A stretch of 43,642 nt of DNA from Leptospirales bacterium (GTDB lineage Bacteria; Spirochaetota; Leptospiria; Turneriellales; JAOUFE01): positions 1-43,642 of the forward strand of contig JBEQLE010000032.1 in the NCBI GenBank assembly GCA_040326155.1, given 5' to 3'. The notes below the pieces were generated by a model. The model was not told the origin of the DNA. It did not search any database and was given only the letters and a program-made list of their open reading frames with translations. The number at the start of each line of letters is the position of its first letter. Position 1 is the stretch's first letter. The translations under genes were made by a program, and so were the position numbers. Shown here in pieces: positions 27,285 through 37,442 of this stretch.

Positions 27285-27863
27285 CTATTGCAAACTAAGC
27301 TCATCCAGGTTTCTCAAGACAATTTGCCTCTCTTTTAAATTCACTTTGGCGACAAAATGAGACTGACGCGGAACCATTATTTCGGTATTTTCGGAGTTTA
27401 TAAAAATAAACCACTCCATATTACCATACTCTTCGACCCGGTCCAAAACACCGACTGGTTCACCGGCCTCGGTAACGCCTTGGGAGTCGATATATTCAAA
27501 TAGGAAAGGCTCTTTTTCTCCCCCGAATTTTTCAATGGCTAAATTTAACTCAAGACCTATAAAAAAACTTTTAAAGACAGTCGCTTCGTCGACGTTTTTT
27601 ACATCTTCGAGCCTTAAAGAGTTATGTTCGGATGTAATACTTTGCAGGCTTTTATACGTGCCTTCGCGTACTTTTTCCGGGTTTTTTAAAAAACCATCGT
27701 GAACTCCGGTTGCTTTATAGAAATAGAGAACATCGCCGGTCAAATACCGGTTCAGTAGAGTCCCTTTTTGAACAATGCGAAGATCGCCCTGTACGCCTCT
27801 GGGCCTTTGAACATACGCAAGGCATAATATTTTCTGGGTAGTTGTACCGGAACCTTTATCCAT
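27285..27863 (-). CDS. rimM: Ribosome maturation factor RimM (divergent)
   Basis: Position between the KH gene and trmD; RPRGVQGDLRI N-terminus and PRC-barrel-like C-terminus (EIMVP...VAKVNL). Confidence 0.8.
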   Translation of the reverse strand: MDKGSGTTTQKILCLAYVQRPRGVQGDLRIVQKGTLLNRYLTGDVLYFYKATGVHDGFLKNPEKVREGTYKSLQSITSEHNSLRLEDVKNVDEATVFKSFFIGLELNLAIEKFGGEKEPFLFEYIDSQGVTEAGEPVGVLDRVEEYGNMEWFIFINSENTEIMVPRQSHFVAKVNLKERQIVLRNLDELSLQ

Positions 27864-27910
27864 ATCGGTCCTCCGGGAAGAATTTTTGAATACTGAAAGC
27901 TGAAAACGAA

Positions 27911-28201
27911 TTACTGATCAATTATTTCTAAAACAATTTTCCCGATACTGGAATCAGGATGATCAGGCAGAACGATTTTTTTTAAGGATATGGAACCAAG
28001 AAGGGTACGCATAGCGCGGGCAATTCGACCGCCTTTTCCGATAATCGCTCCGAGGTCGGTATTGTTTACATGTAGTTCAATAATAAGAGACGATGGGCTG
28101 GGTACAGAAATAACCTGCACATCCTCAACGTTTTTTACCAGACATTTAGCAACGTATTCAACCAACCCTACCGGGTCAGCGCTTTCAACCGTAGCTTCCA
28201 T
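27911..28201 (-). CDS. khpA: KH-domain RNA-binding protein
   Basis: LVEYVAKCLV...DLGAIIGKGGRIARAMRTLL; rpsP operon context. Confidence 0.9.
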   Translation of the reverse strand: MEATVESADPVGLVEYVAKCLVKNVEDVQVISVPSPSSLIIELHVNNTDLGAIIGKGGRIARAMRTLLGSISLKKIVLPDHPDSSIGKIVLEIIDQ

Positions 28202-28203
28202 GG

Positions 28204-28575
28204 TTAACCTTCCTGCTTAGGTTCAGCTTCCGGGGCAGCTTGGTCTTTACTTTTCTTGTTCGCGCCAGCTTTTTGGTTTCTTCTTTTAACTTTTGCGACT
28301 CTTCTGTCTTCTTTCGCTTGACTGAACTCTTGCCAGATTTTGTGTTTAGAAAAAATGTTTTTTACAGTAGCAGTCGGTTCGGCTCCCCGATCTAACCACA
28401 TTTTAATTTTCTCTTCGTTTAAACGAACCTGCTGACCTTCAGCTGAAATAGGATGATATAAACCTACGATATCTAAGAATTTTCCGTCTCTTTTTTGAGA
28501 CATAGCCGCAGTTACAATGCGGTAAAAAGGTCTTTTTTTGCTTCCAAACCTTTGTAATCTAATTTTTACTTGCAC
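28204..28575 (-). CDS. rpsP: 30S ribosomal protein S16 with a charged C-terminal extension
   Basis: VKIRLQRFGSKKRPFYRIV...RDGKFLDIVGLYHP...WLDRGAEPTATV. Confidence 0.97.
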   Translation of the reverse strand: MQVKIRLQRFGSKKRPFYRIVTAAMSQKRDGKFLDIVGLYHPISAEGQQVRLNEEKIKMWLDRGAEPTATVKNIFSKHKIWQEFSQAKEDRRVAKVKRRNQKAGANKKSKDQAAPEAEPKQEG

Positions 28576-28863
28576 AGATGCTCCTGAAAATTATATTCAC
28601 TACCCCTGTAACAATTACAAAAGGGTGTTAATGCATATTTCAAATATCTATCAACGCGTCAAGCTTTTGTTTGCCTTGTTGCAACGAAAATGCGATTTTC
28701 GACCGCACTACAGACAGGTAGAAAAATCAGCCACCATGGTGGAAATTGCAGGAAAAAAAATTGAAATCAATTTTAATTTAGTTGTATATTAAGATCATCC
28801 TATATATGAAAATAAGTAGTCAACCTGTCGCTTGAATGCTGACTAACAATTAGAAAAATTAAT

Positions 28864-31431
28864 ATGTCCACTATAGAAATACACCCCTCCGGTGAAAACT
28901 CACAACAAAAAGTGTCTCAATCGATATTTAAAGCTCTGGCGCAATCGGAACTTCCCGTCTCCGAAGCGGTTAGCAAGCTGATCGTTTATTGCTCACCAGA
29001 GACTTCATTATGTGACGCTGCAAAAATAATGACTCGATCGGGTTGTAGTTCGATTTTAATTAAAGAGAATGATAAATATATTGGAATCTGGACCGAATTT
29101 GACGCTTTGAAAATTGATTTTGCTCATCCCTACTCTTATAAACTGCCGATTAGCAAGGTAATGAGCTCGCCTGTTATGACGATCTCGAATTCACTTACTA
29201 TGCGGGAAGTGGCTGTTGAAATGAGAATGAACAAAGTTCGTCATTTTCTGGTTCTCGATCAAGAAAAAAAACCATATGCAATTGTTACCCAGACAGATAT
29301 TGTACTGACTCCGGCAGTGGAACACTATTTGAAAATGCAAAGAGTGAGCTCTGTTTTATATCACGCACCGATTATTGTAGATGAAAAAATGAAGCTAAGC
29401 AAAGCTTCTAACCAAATGCAGCAAGTTAAAGCTGATGCTATTATTGTTACCTACTCGAATGGCGCCTACGGTATCATTACAGAAAGAGATTTGACCAGGT
29501 TTATAGCAAAAGAAATAGAAGACCAGGAAGTTGGCGAGCTGGCCAGTAAGCCGTTAAAAACTGCCCAGGATTCTGCAAACTTATATGATGCAAGAATAAT
29601 ACTTGAAGAAAATAAAATTCGTCACCTGGGAATTGTAAACAAAAACGGGCAACTTATGGGGGTTATTGGTTTTGCGGATATCCTTTCCAGTATGGAATTT
29701 GTATACATTCAGGAACTCAGTAAAATACTTAGAGAGCGTAATAAAGCGCTTGATTATGTTGAACAACAATTGACGCTTTTCGAAAGAGTCATTGAAACAA
29801 CCAACGATGGTGTGTGCTTCATTGATCTTAAAGGCTATATTCTGAATATTAATCCATCGTTTTCAGAAGTAACCGGATACACACTCGATGACATCATAGA
29901 TAAAAGAATTACCATGTTCCGTTCTAATTCTGAAAAACCACAAATTAAGAAAAGTACGTTAAGAACGATACTCAGTAAAGGAAGCTGGCAAGGCGAAATT
30001 GACCTGCGAAAGAAAAACGGAGAAAACCTGCCCGCCAGAATGATGGTAAATGAGGTAGTCAATAAGTCAGGAAAACGTGTCTATTTTATTGCTATGGTTT
30101 CTGACCTTACCCATATAAAAGAAAAAGATGAGCAGGTGCGAATGCTCTCTTATTACAACCCATTGACAAATCTACCCAACCGTGATTTCTTGCTAAAAGA
30201 GCTCGAACAAATGATTTACGATTCCAAATCAAATAAGAGTTCGTTTTCTCTCATGCTAATTGACTTAAACCGTTTTCGAAGAATTATCGAAACCATGGGG
30301 AAATCGGCAAGTGACCACCTTTTAAAAATTATTTCGGGAAGGCTACACGACACTCTTAGAGAGACAGATCTGCTCGGGCATATTGGTCCCGACGAGTTTG
30401 TTTTAATATTCGATAACATCAGCAATCTTGAAAACATACAACAACTGGTTGAACGTATTATTAAAGAAGTGGAAAAACCTATACATTATAATGATGAACC
30501 AATGATTATTACATGCCGCGTTGGAGTAACCACTTTTCCACAAGATGGAAATTCAGCACAAGATCTAATCAGTAATGTATACACAGCTGCAATGAAGGCC
30601 AAACAATCTGTAAATAACATGTATCAGTTTTTTTCCCAATATATGAACATGGAAATGCAAAAACAGGTAAAACTTGAAAATGATCTGAGGCATGCTGTAA
30701 CGGAAAATGAATTTTTGTTTTACTATCAACCCATCGTGGATGCCCAGACGTCGGAAATTGTTGCGTTAGAAGCTTTAGTCCGCTGGAATAAAAATGGTGA
30801 AATTATACCACCGGGAAAGTTTTTAGCAATTGCAGAAGAGCTCGGGTTAATTAAAGAAATTGGATTATGTACTTTAGATCAACTAGGTAGGGATTACAAA
30901 ACACTACGAAAACTAAACAAAGCAGATATAAAAATTGCCTATAACATTTCAGTTCGACAGTTTCAAGATAATGACTTTATGAATAAATTAAAAAACAAAG
31001 TCGATGAGTACAATATTCCAGCGAAAGACATTATTCTAGAAATGACGGAGTCCATATTTCTGGACGCCGGAGTTGAAAACATAGATAAATTAACAAAATT
31101 AAGAGAACATGGATTTCAAGTCGTGTTAGATGATTTTGGTACCGGCTTTTCTTCTTTAAGTTATTTAAGGCAAATACCCGCAGATTATATTAAACTGGAC
31201 CAGAGCTTTATACATGAGCTCGAAGAGTCTCCCGAAAGTATTGAATTTATAGAAGCAATCGTGCATCTGGCCCATACTATAAAACTTCCCGTTGTTGCAG
31301 AGGGAGTCGAAAGCAAATCTACGGCAAAAAAACTGGTGGAAGCAAAATGTGACATGTTGCAAGGTTACTATTTTGACCGACCCGCCCCTATAGAAGATAT
31401 TCTTGCAAATTTTGTTCCTAAAAAATTATAA
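28864..31431 (+). CDS. CBS(x4)-PAS-GGDEF(degenerate)-EAL c-di-GMP signalling protein, probable phosphodiesterase
   Basis: Two CBS pairs (GIWTEFD; GIITERD), PAS (INPSFSEVTGY...WQGEI), LTNLPNR and GPDEF, EALVRW, DDFGTGFSSLSYL, VAEGVE, QGYYF. Confidence 0.92.
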   Translation: MSTIEIHPSGENSQQKVSQSIFKALAQSELPVSEAVSKLIVYCSPETSLCDAAKIMTRSGCSSILIKENDKYIGIWTEFDALKIDFAHPYSYKLPISKVMSSPVMTISNSLTMREVAVEMRMNKVRHFLVLDQEKKPYAIVTQTDIVLTPAVEHYLKMQRVSSVLYHAPIIVDEKMKLSKASNQMQQVKADAIIVTYSNGAYGIITERDLTRFIAKEIEDQEVGELASKPLKTAQDSANLYDARIILEENKIRHLGIVNKNGQLMGVIGFADILSSMEFVYIQELSKILRERNKALDYVEQQLTLFERVIETTNDGVCFIDLKGYILNINPSFSEVTGYTLDDIIDKRITMFRSNSEKPQIKKSTLRTILSKGSWQGEIDLRKKNGENLPARMMVNEVVNKSGKRVYFIAMVSDLTHIKEKDEQVRMLSYYNPLTNLPNRDFLLKELEQMIYDSKSNKSSFSLMLIDLNRFRRIIETMGKSASDHLLKIISGRLHDTLRETDLLGHIGPDEFVLIFDNISNLENIQQLVERIIKEVEKPIHYNDEPMIITCRVGVTTFPQDGNSAQDLISNVYTAAMKAKQSVNNMYQFFSQYMNMEMQKQVKLENDLRHAVTENEFLFYYQPIVDAQTSEIVALEALVRWNKNGEIIPPGKFLAIAEELGLIKEIGLCTLDQLGRDYKTLRKLNKADIKIAYNISVRQFQDNDFMNKLKNKVDEYNIPAKDIILEMTESIFLDAGVENIDKLTKLREHGFQVVLDDFGTGFSSLSYLRQIPADYIKLDQSFIHELEESPESIEFIEAIVHLAHTIKLPVVAEGVESKSTAKKLVEAKCDMLQGYYFDRPAPIEDILANFVPKKL

Positions 31432-31466
31432 AAGATAATTCTTGACCATGCGGTGAAGCGGTTTTT

Positions 31467-32645
31467 ATGTGCTTCATGGATGTTGACATAATCGGTTTTG
31501 GTTTAGAAGATAAAAAAAATATTAAAAAATTTGCCATGTTTCCCTGGAAGCATTACAAAAAAGACTCTCTTTACGTTCCACAACTGACAGGCGAACTACT
31601 CGGTAATAAATTACTTAGTATGAAAGGAATTTTTACAGCCGACCACCCCTACCACGAAAATGTTAAAGTTCATCACTGGCTTGCCTATAAGAACGGAAAA
31701 ATTGCAGGGCGTGTATCTGGCGCACTCAACCATGAATATAACAAAGCTCACAAAACAAAATTGGCTAATTTCGGTTTTTTTGAAAGTATTCATGACGAAG
31801 AAGTTTCCAAAGCTCTACTCGACAGCGTATGCAATTGGGCTAGAGAACAAAACATGGATACGGTCCGAGGGCCGGGTGCCTACTCCAACATAACCCATGA
31901 ACCATACCAGGGATGCCTTATCGATAATTTCCACGACGCCCCCTGCCTTGAAATGCCCTACCATTACCCTTATTACGCTGCGTTGTATGAAAAATACGGT
32001 TTCAAAAAAGCGAAAGACTATTACGCTGTTGAAATGTCACGACACGCCCCTTTTATTGAAAGAGAAAACAGGCTTATGCAGTTGATAAAAAAACGACACA
32101 AAATGGAGACACGCACACTAAATATGAATAATGTGCAAGAGGAAGTTCAAACGATTGTTCGACTTTACAATGATGCGTGGGTAGATAACTGGGGGTTCTT
32201 ACCCATTAAAGATTCCGAAGCAGACGCTCTAGCAGACATCCTCAGGCTTATCGCCGTACCGGAACTTATTCGTTTTGCCATAATCGACGGTAAAGAGATC
32301 GCTGTCGTTGGTTTTTTGCCCGACCTGCATGAAAAATTAGCTCGTAAAAAAAGCATATTCGGCAATTCAGACCTGGTTCGAGTTGCCAGAATGTACCTGG
32401 GTAAAAAAAACATTGAAAGGTATCGTTTTATGTTTCTGGGGGTCGACCTGAAATATCGCCATACCGGAGCAGACTCCCTGCTCGCTTTTGAACTTCGTTC
32501 GAACATCGGTAGCATTCGTCCAAAAGCAAAAAGAGTAGAAGCCTCACTTTTGCTCGAAGACAACTACGCAATTCTCAATCTTGCCGCAAAACGTGGAATG
32601 GGACATATCTATAAAACATATCGTATTTATGATTTTCAACTATAA
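31467..32645 (+). CDS. GNAT-fold N-acetyltransferase-like protein (YghO-like)
   Basis: FPWKHYK, AGRVS, NFGFFESI, MPYHYPYY, YNDAWVDNWGFLP, KTYRIY. Confidence 0.78.
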   Translation: MCFMDVDIIGFGLEDKKNIKKFAMFPWKHYKKDSLYVPQLTGELLGNKLLSMKGIFTADHPYHENVKVHHWLAYKNGKIAGRVSGALNHEYNKAHKTKLANFGFFESIHDEEVSKALLDSVCNWAREQNMDTVRGPGAYSNITHEPYQGCLIDNFHDAPCLEMPYHYPYYAALYEKYGFKKAKDYYAVEMSRHAPFIERENRLMQLIKKRHKMETRTLNMNNVQEEVQTIVRLYNDAWVDNWGFLPIKDSEADALADILRLIAVPELIRFAIIDGKEIAVVGFLPDLHEKLARKKSIFGNSDLVRVARMYLGKKNIERYRFMFLGVDLKYRHTGADSLLAFELRSNIGSIRPKAKRVEASLLLEDNYAILNLAAKRGMGHIYKTYRIYDFQL

Positions 32646-32662
32646 AGAATTCATACCGAACA

Positions 32663-33421
32663 TTAATTCCATTTGTCTTCCATTTTATAACCAGGGTACC
32701 TGTGCGGCTCTAACTCAATTAAGACTCCAATAAAATCGACCACTAAAGAGTAAAACCCCACCGCTTCATTTTTATGACTTTGTAATTTCAACCCTTTAAA
32801 CCGAAACTTGTATTCACCAGATCGTTTCTTTATTTTTTTCAGCACGTAATCGGGAACCTGTTTTTCAATGCGCAACCAACCTTTGAAGTTCAAGTCAGAG
32901 ATCTCAATCTCGAAAGTTTGCCCGCGATCGTTTTCAAGAATAGCATATAAAGTATGACGTTTATCATTGCCAAAAATCCAGATGGAAAAAGCCACGGGTC
33001 GTCCTCTGACATACGTGTGAATTTCTTCGGGAACCTCAATAACAGTGAACTGTTTGCCGGGTTTAGAAAAATACGTTAAAAGCTCCAAGGCAAATCTGGA
33101 CTTAGCAAGCGGCAGCCGCGCATGGAGATTGGCCATTTTCGAAGCATATTCGAAATCTGAGGCAAAAAGAATTCGATTGGCCCCCTCTTCCCGATACCCT
33201 TTTTCGATGGGACTGCGCTCCACAAACCGTGTATGGTCTTCAATCGCTTTTTTATATGGAATTTTCCAGGCAACCCTCTCTTCAAAGTCGTCAATTACGA
33301 TCACATCTAGCTGTTTGTCAATCGCCATGCCTCTCCAGATTGCTCCCCCTTGCGCCAGTGCTATAGAAAAAACACAAGGAACAAAGCACAAAAAGGTTAA
33401 TAAGCGGTTGGGTAAGTTCAT
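32663..33421 (-). CDS. FlaA-like flagellar filament outer-layer protein
   Basis: Signal peptide; VIDDFE...W, FSIWIFG...LYAILENDRG...LNFKGW. Confidence 0.6.
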   Translation of the reverse strand: MNLPNRLLTFLCFVPCVFSIALAQGGAIWRGMAIDKQLDVIVIDDFEERVAWKIPYKKAIEDHTRFVERSPIEKGYREEGANRILFASDFEYASKMANLHARLPLAKSRFALELLTYFSKPGKQFTVIEVPEEIHTYVRGRPVAFSIWIFGNDKRHTLYAILENDRGQTFEIEISDLNFKGWLRIEKQVPDYVLKKIKKRSGEYKFRFKGLKLQSHKNEAVGFYSLVVDFIGVLIELEPHRYPGYKMEDKWN

Positions 33422-33448
33422 TCTCGTACCGAACCGCTTTTTGCGGCC

Positions 33449-34057
33449 CTATAAGTTACTTTCGGCAAAATCCCAGTTTACTAAATACTCCAGGTAAATT
33501 TTTATATAATCTGGTCGGCGATTTTGAAAATCAAGGTAATAAGCATGCTCCCAGACATCCATAGTAAGTAACGGCTTTTGGCCATCCGCAATAGGATTTT
33601 GTGCATTGGCAGTTTTCACTATTTCTAGTTTTCCACCATCTTCAACCAGCCAGACCCAGCCCGAACCAAATTGAGTAGCCCCGGCTACGGCAAAATCTTC
33701 TTTGAACTTATCGAAACTACCGAAGTCTCTTTCTATCATCTTTCGAATATTTCCCTGTGGCTCGCCTCCGCCTTTGGGCTTCATACTCTTCCAGTAAAAA
33801 TCGTGATTCCAGACCTGGGCAACGTTGTTAAAAAGCCCGGATGCGCTTCTATCTAGCGTCGCTTTTGTTAAAATCTCCTTTACAGGTAAAGACTCATAAG
33901 CTGACCCCGGTAACATGGCCAAAGCTTTTTCCATGTACGCTTTATGGTGTTTACCATAATGAAAACTAACTGTTTTCTCCGATATATATGGTTCTAAATC
34001 GAAAGTTTTATAGGGTAGTTCCGGCATTTCACCAGGAAACATATTATTTAAATCCAT
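33449..34057 (-). CDS. sodB: Superoxide dismutase [Fe]
   Basis: HYGKHH, FNNVAQVWNHDFYW (Fe-type AQ), QFGSGWVWL, DVWEHAYY. Confidence 0.95.
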   Translation of the reverse strand: MDLNNMFPGEMPELPYKTFDLEPYISEKTVSFHYGKHHKAYMEKALAMLPGSAYESLPVKEILTKATLDRSASGLFNNVAQVWNHDFYWKSMKPKGGGEPQGNIRKMIERDFGSFDKFKEDFAVAGATQFGSGWVWLVEDGGKLEIVKTANAQNPIADGQKPLLTMDVWEHAYYLDFQNRRPDYIKIYLEYLVNWDFAESNL

Positions 34058-34191
34058 TTTCTTCTCCTTGTTTTATACCAAATGAGCTGACAACTTTGCA
34101 TCATCAGATTACAAGATTACAAGATTTTAATTGTCTTACCCATTACGGATAAGACGAAAGAAAATAGTTTTTAATTTGAATTCAATCGGTT

Positions 34192-35436
34192 TTAATCGGA
34201 TTTATTTAAATAATGTCCAAGTTTATCGAGTTTTGTTTCCAGATATTTTTCATTGTAAGGGTTTGACTCAATTACCAATGGTATGCGTTCTCGAATTTTC
34301 AAACCATACCCTTCGAGTCCCACTATCTTCCTGGGATTATTCGTCATTAAATTAATCTCTTTTACGCCAAGCGCGCTTAAAATCTGCGCTCCTATTCCAT
34401 AATCACGTAAGTCGGCGTCATAACCGAGTTTTTTATTGGCTTCAACCGTATCAAGCCCCTGATCTTGGTATTTATAGGCTTTTAACTTATTTATTATACC
34501 GATTCCTCGCCCTTCCTGGCGCATATAGAGTAAAACCCCGCTCTTATTTTCAGAAATTAATTTCATGGCTTTGTCGAGTTGATCGCCACAATCACACCGG
34601 AGAGAGTGAAAGACATCACCGGTCAGGCACTCCGAATGTACCCGAACAAGAGTCGGCTCGTCTTTTTTTATTTCACCCATTACCATGGCAAAATGTTCTT
34701 TGTTATCTACATCGTTTCCAAAGGCTATTAATTTAAAAGTTCCATATTCGGTTGGTATATTCGCGTGTGCAAGTTCCTGCACCATAATTTCTCGAGTTCT
34801 GCGATACTGAATTAAATCGGCAATTGTAATAAGTCGTATTTTATGTTTACGGGCAAATTTAATGAGGTCGGGCATTCGAGACATGGTGCCGTCTTCATTC
34901 ATAATTTCACAAATTACCCCGGCAGGTTGTTTGCCCGCGAGACTGGCTAGATCAACCGCAGCCTCGGTATGCCCTGCTCGCACCAGCACTCCGCCCTCCC
35001 TTGCAACAAGTGGAAATACATGACCCGGTTTTACAAAGTCCTCTTCTAAAGAAACAGGATCTGCCAACCTTTTTAGGGTTTTATACCTATCCTCGGCGCT
35101 GATGCCTGTGCTTATATCTTCTCTTGCATCAATCGAAACTGTAAAAGCTGTTGATTGTGACTCTTCGTTCCTGGAAACCATGGGCGCTAGATTTAATCTT
35201 TCAGCTTGCGACGCCGTAACTGGTGCACAAATTAAACCACGCGCCTGGCTGGCCATAAAATTCACTTTTTCTGGAGTAACATCTTCGGCGGCCATTATAA
35301 TATCACCTTCATTCTCACGATCTTCAGAGTCGGTGACTATGACCATTCTGCCTTTTTTAATTTCTTCAATGCCTTCTTCGATGGTAGCCCTTGGTTCAAA
35401 GCTTGTTTTTTTTGTAAATTTAGATAATACCTTCAT
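34192..35436 (-). CDS. ribBA: Bifunctional DHBP synthase / GTP cyclohydrolase II
   Basis: EDRENEGD, TGISAEDR, RAGHTEA, RVHSECLTGD, CDCG, QEGRGIG, TNNPRK. Confidence 0.97.
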   Translation of the reverse strand: MKVLSKFTKKTSFEPRATIEEGIEEIKKGRMVIVTDSEDRENEGDIIMAAEDVTPEKVNFMASQARGLICAPVTASQAERLNLAPMVSRNEESQSTAFTVSIDAREDISTGISAEDRYKTLKRLADPVSLEEDFVKPGHVFPLVAREGGVLVRAGHTEAAVDLASLAGKQPAGVICEIMNEDGTMSRMPDLIKFARKHKIRLITIADLIQYRRTREIMVQELAHANIPTEYGTFKLIAFGNDVDNKEHFAMVMGEIKKDEPTLVRVHSECLTGDVFHSLRCDCGDQLDKAMKLISENKSGVLLYMRQEGRGIGIINKLKAYKYQDQGLDTVEANKKLGYDADLRDYGIGAQILSALGVKEINLMTNNPRKIVGLEGYGLKIRERIPLVIESNPYNEKYLETKLDKLGHYLNKSD

Positions 35437-35515
35437 AAGTAATTAGACCTTTTTTTTTGCATAGATACCGTCAACCATGTTTCAACCATTATAAAAAACT
35501 TGATTTTTTTCAAAA

Positions 35516-36319
35516 ATGGCCGATATTGAATATATGTCGAATATACGCAAATTTCTTGTTTTAATCACTATTTTTTCAAGCGCTCAACTGCTGGCTGGTC
35601 CCGAAAAATATGACCATATGGACCAATATAAAACTGCCGGTCCCATATTACAGGCTGGCCCTAAAGAGCAAATTGTGGGCGAAGCATCTGGAGAAGTTGC
35701 CGGTACAGCTACTTATACCTACAACAATAAAGGCCAGTTAATACAAAGCAAGTATTTTATAAACGAAAAATCGGACGGAAAAACGGTTTACCATTATGAC
35801 AAAAAAGGGCTAGTCGAAGAGGTACTTTTTGATGCCCAAGGAAAAACCAGAGAAAAAATAGTTTATAAACGAAATTCGCGTAATGAGATCACCAGCTATA
35901 TCGTATACGATGGAAACGAAAAAAAAGTTCTGTATTGGCAATTTTCGTACAAAAACGGAAAAGTCGCAGGCGGGCGAAGAATTATCGATAAAGAAGTCAC
36001 GGAAACTTTTAAAGTAGAAAACAGGTCAAAAGATATTTCCGTTCAATACATCTATACCACCGGTGGAGAAAAAGTCGGTTCGGTAACTATCTATAAAAAA
36101 GATGACAAAGTTCAACGTCGTGTTAAAGAAGACAATACAGGCAAGTACATGGTCGAATATAAATACGACGAACAGGGACGCCTATATGAGATGCAATACT
36201 CCCAGCATGTACGTAAAAAAACCCAGATGAAAAGAATTCACCATATGGTATATTCAAGCGCAAAAAACCTCTCCGAAGGCAAACACGCACCTGAAAAGAT
36301 CAGCAAATTTGAGAAATAA
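35516..36319 (+). CDS. Exported hypothetical protein with YD-like beta-strand repeats
   Basis: Signal peptide; YTYNNKGQL, YHYDKKG, YKYDEQGRL. Confidence 0.65.
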   Translation: MADIEYMSNIRKFLVLITIFSSAQLLAGPEKYDHMDQYKTAGPILQAGPKEQIVGEASGEVAGTATYTYNNKGQLIQSKYFINEKSDGKTVYHYDKKGLVEEVLFDAQGKTREKIVYKRNSRNEITSYIVYDGNEKKVLYWQFSYKNGKVAGGRRIIDKEVTETFKVENRSKDISVQYIYTTGGEKVGSVTIYKKDDKVQRRVKEDNTGKYMVEYKYDEQGRLYEMQYSQHVRKKTQMKRIHHMVYSSAKNLSEGKHAPEKISKFEK

Positions 36320-37358
36320 TATCACGAAGCTTTTTTTCTTTGGACTGTATTTTAAACTCAATTTTCAAAAAGTAAAATTTCTTTAATTGTGCCAGACTAT
36401 CAGAAAAGTACTGCATTCGAATCCAGTCTTTTTCTGTCGTAAGTAAAAGCTCATTTTCACCGGCTCTTTTTAAAATACTTAAAATATCCTTCTCGCTATA
36501 ACGGTGATGATCTCGATACGATATATTCCGAACTTCCGAAGCTCCCAGGTTGGCGATTGTCTTCTCAAAAGCCCGGTGGTTTCCTATTCCCGATAAAGCC
36601 CAACAGCTTGAATTTTTTATCATCGAAAGAGATTCAAGTTTTATTTTTTTATTTGGTTCGTTCATATACGAGACAGGAAGTTTTACCAAACCTGTAGGCG
36701 AATGAGTCGCTTCGAATATATTGTCATGACCCGAAATTTTTGCTAACTTTTTCAGTAATTGCTCTTTTTTCTCGGGCTCTATTAAATCTGATTTGGTTAA
36801 AATAAGAACATGGGATCGTTGCAGCGCGCTTAACGGTTCTCTTAACGTGCCGTGAGGTAAAATATGGCCATTGCCAAAAGGGTTTACAGCATCAATTAGT
36901 ACAATATCAAGATCTCGGTGCAAGGCATAGTGCTGAAAACCATCGTCTAAAACATACACATCGGGGTTAAATTTTTGATCTACCCCTAAACCGTTCTGGT
37001 GCCTCCTTCTTCCAACCGCAATGGGCACACCTGGCAGGTTCATGGCCAGTAAATAAGGTTCATCACCGCTTTCGACTTCCGAAAGTAGCAGGCTTTTGCC
37101 GTCTGATAGTATTCCGCCTTCTTTATAGATGGTTCCGCCATACCCCCTGGTTAAAATCGCGGGTTTTACCCCGAGAGATTCGAGAAGTTTACATATATAA
37201 ATTGCTGCGGGAGTTTTTCCCGTTCCACCTGTAGTTAAATTACCAATAGAAATTATTTTTTTATTTCCTATTTTTCCAGGACTTTTCATCCATTTATTGA
37301 CTTTATCGCCAAGCTGGTATAAGCTTTCCAGGGGAGAACGAAAGGTTCCAATAGACAT
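36300..37358 (-). CDS. lpxK: Tetraacyldisaccharide 4'-kinase
   Basis: ISIGNLTTGGTGKTP, LTRGYGG, GDEP, LDDGFQH, LREP, YRDHHRYS, TTEKD. Start taken at ATG 37358 to avoid overlap with the divergent gene. Confidence 0.93.
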   Translation of the reverse strand: MSIGTFRSPLESLYQLGDKVNKWMKSPGKIGNKKIISIGNLTTGGTGKTPAAIYICKLLESLGVKPAILTRGYGGTIYKEGGILSDGKSLLLSEVESGDEPYLLAMNLPGVPIAVGRRRHQNGLGVDQKFNPDVYVLDDGFQHYALHRDLDIVLIDAVNPFGNGHILPHGTLREPLSALQRSHVLILTKSDLIEPEKKEQLLKKLAKISGHDNIFEATHSPTGLVKLPVSYMNEPNKKIKLESLSMIKNSSCWALSGIGNHRAFEKTIANLGASEVRNISYRDHHRYSEKDILSILKRAGENELLLTTEKDWIRMQYFSDSLAQLKKFYFLKIEFKIQSKEKKLRDIISQIC

Positions 37359-37442
37359 ATTCGATAAAACATGATATAAAGGCGAGCTGTCAATAAAATA
37401 ACTCTTGCCCATTTGTCTCTGGTTCACCATTGGAAGTTGCAC

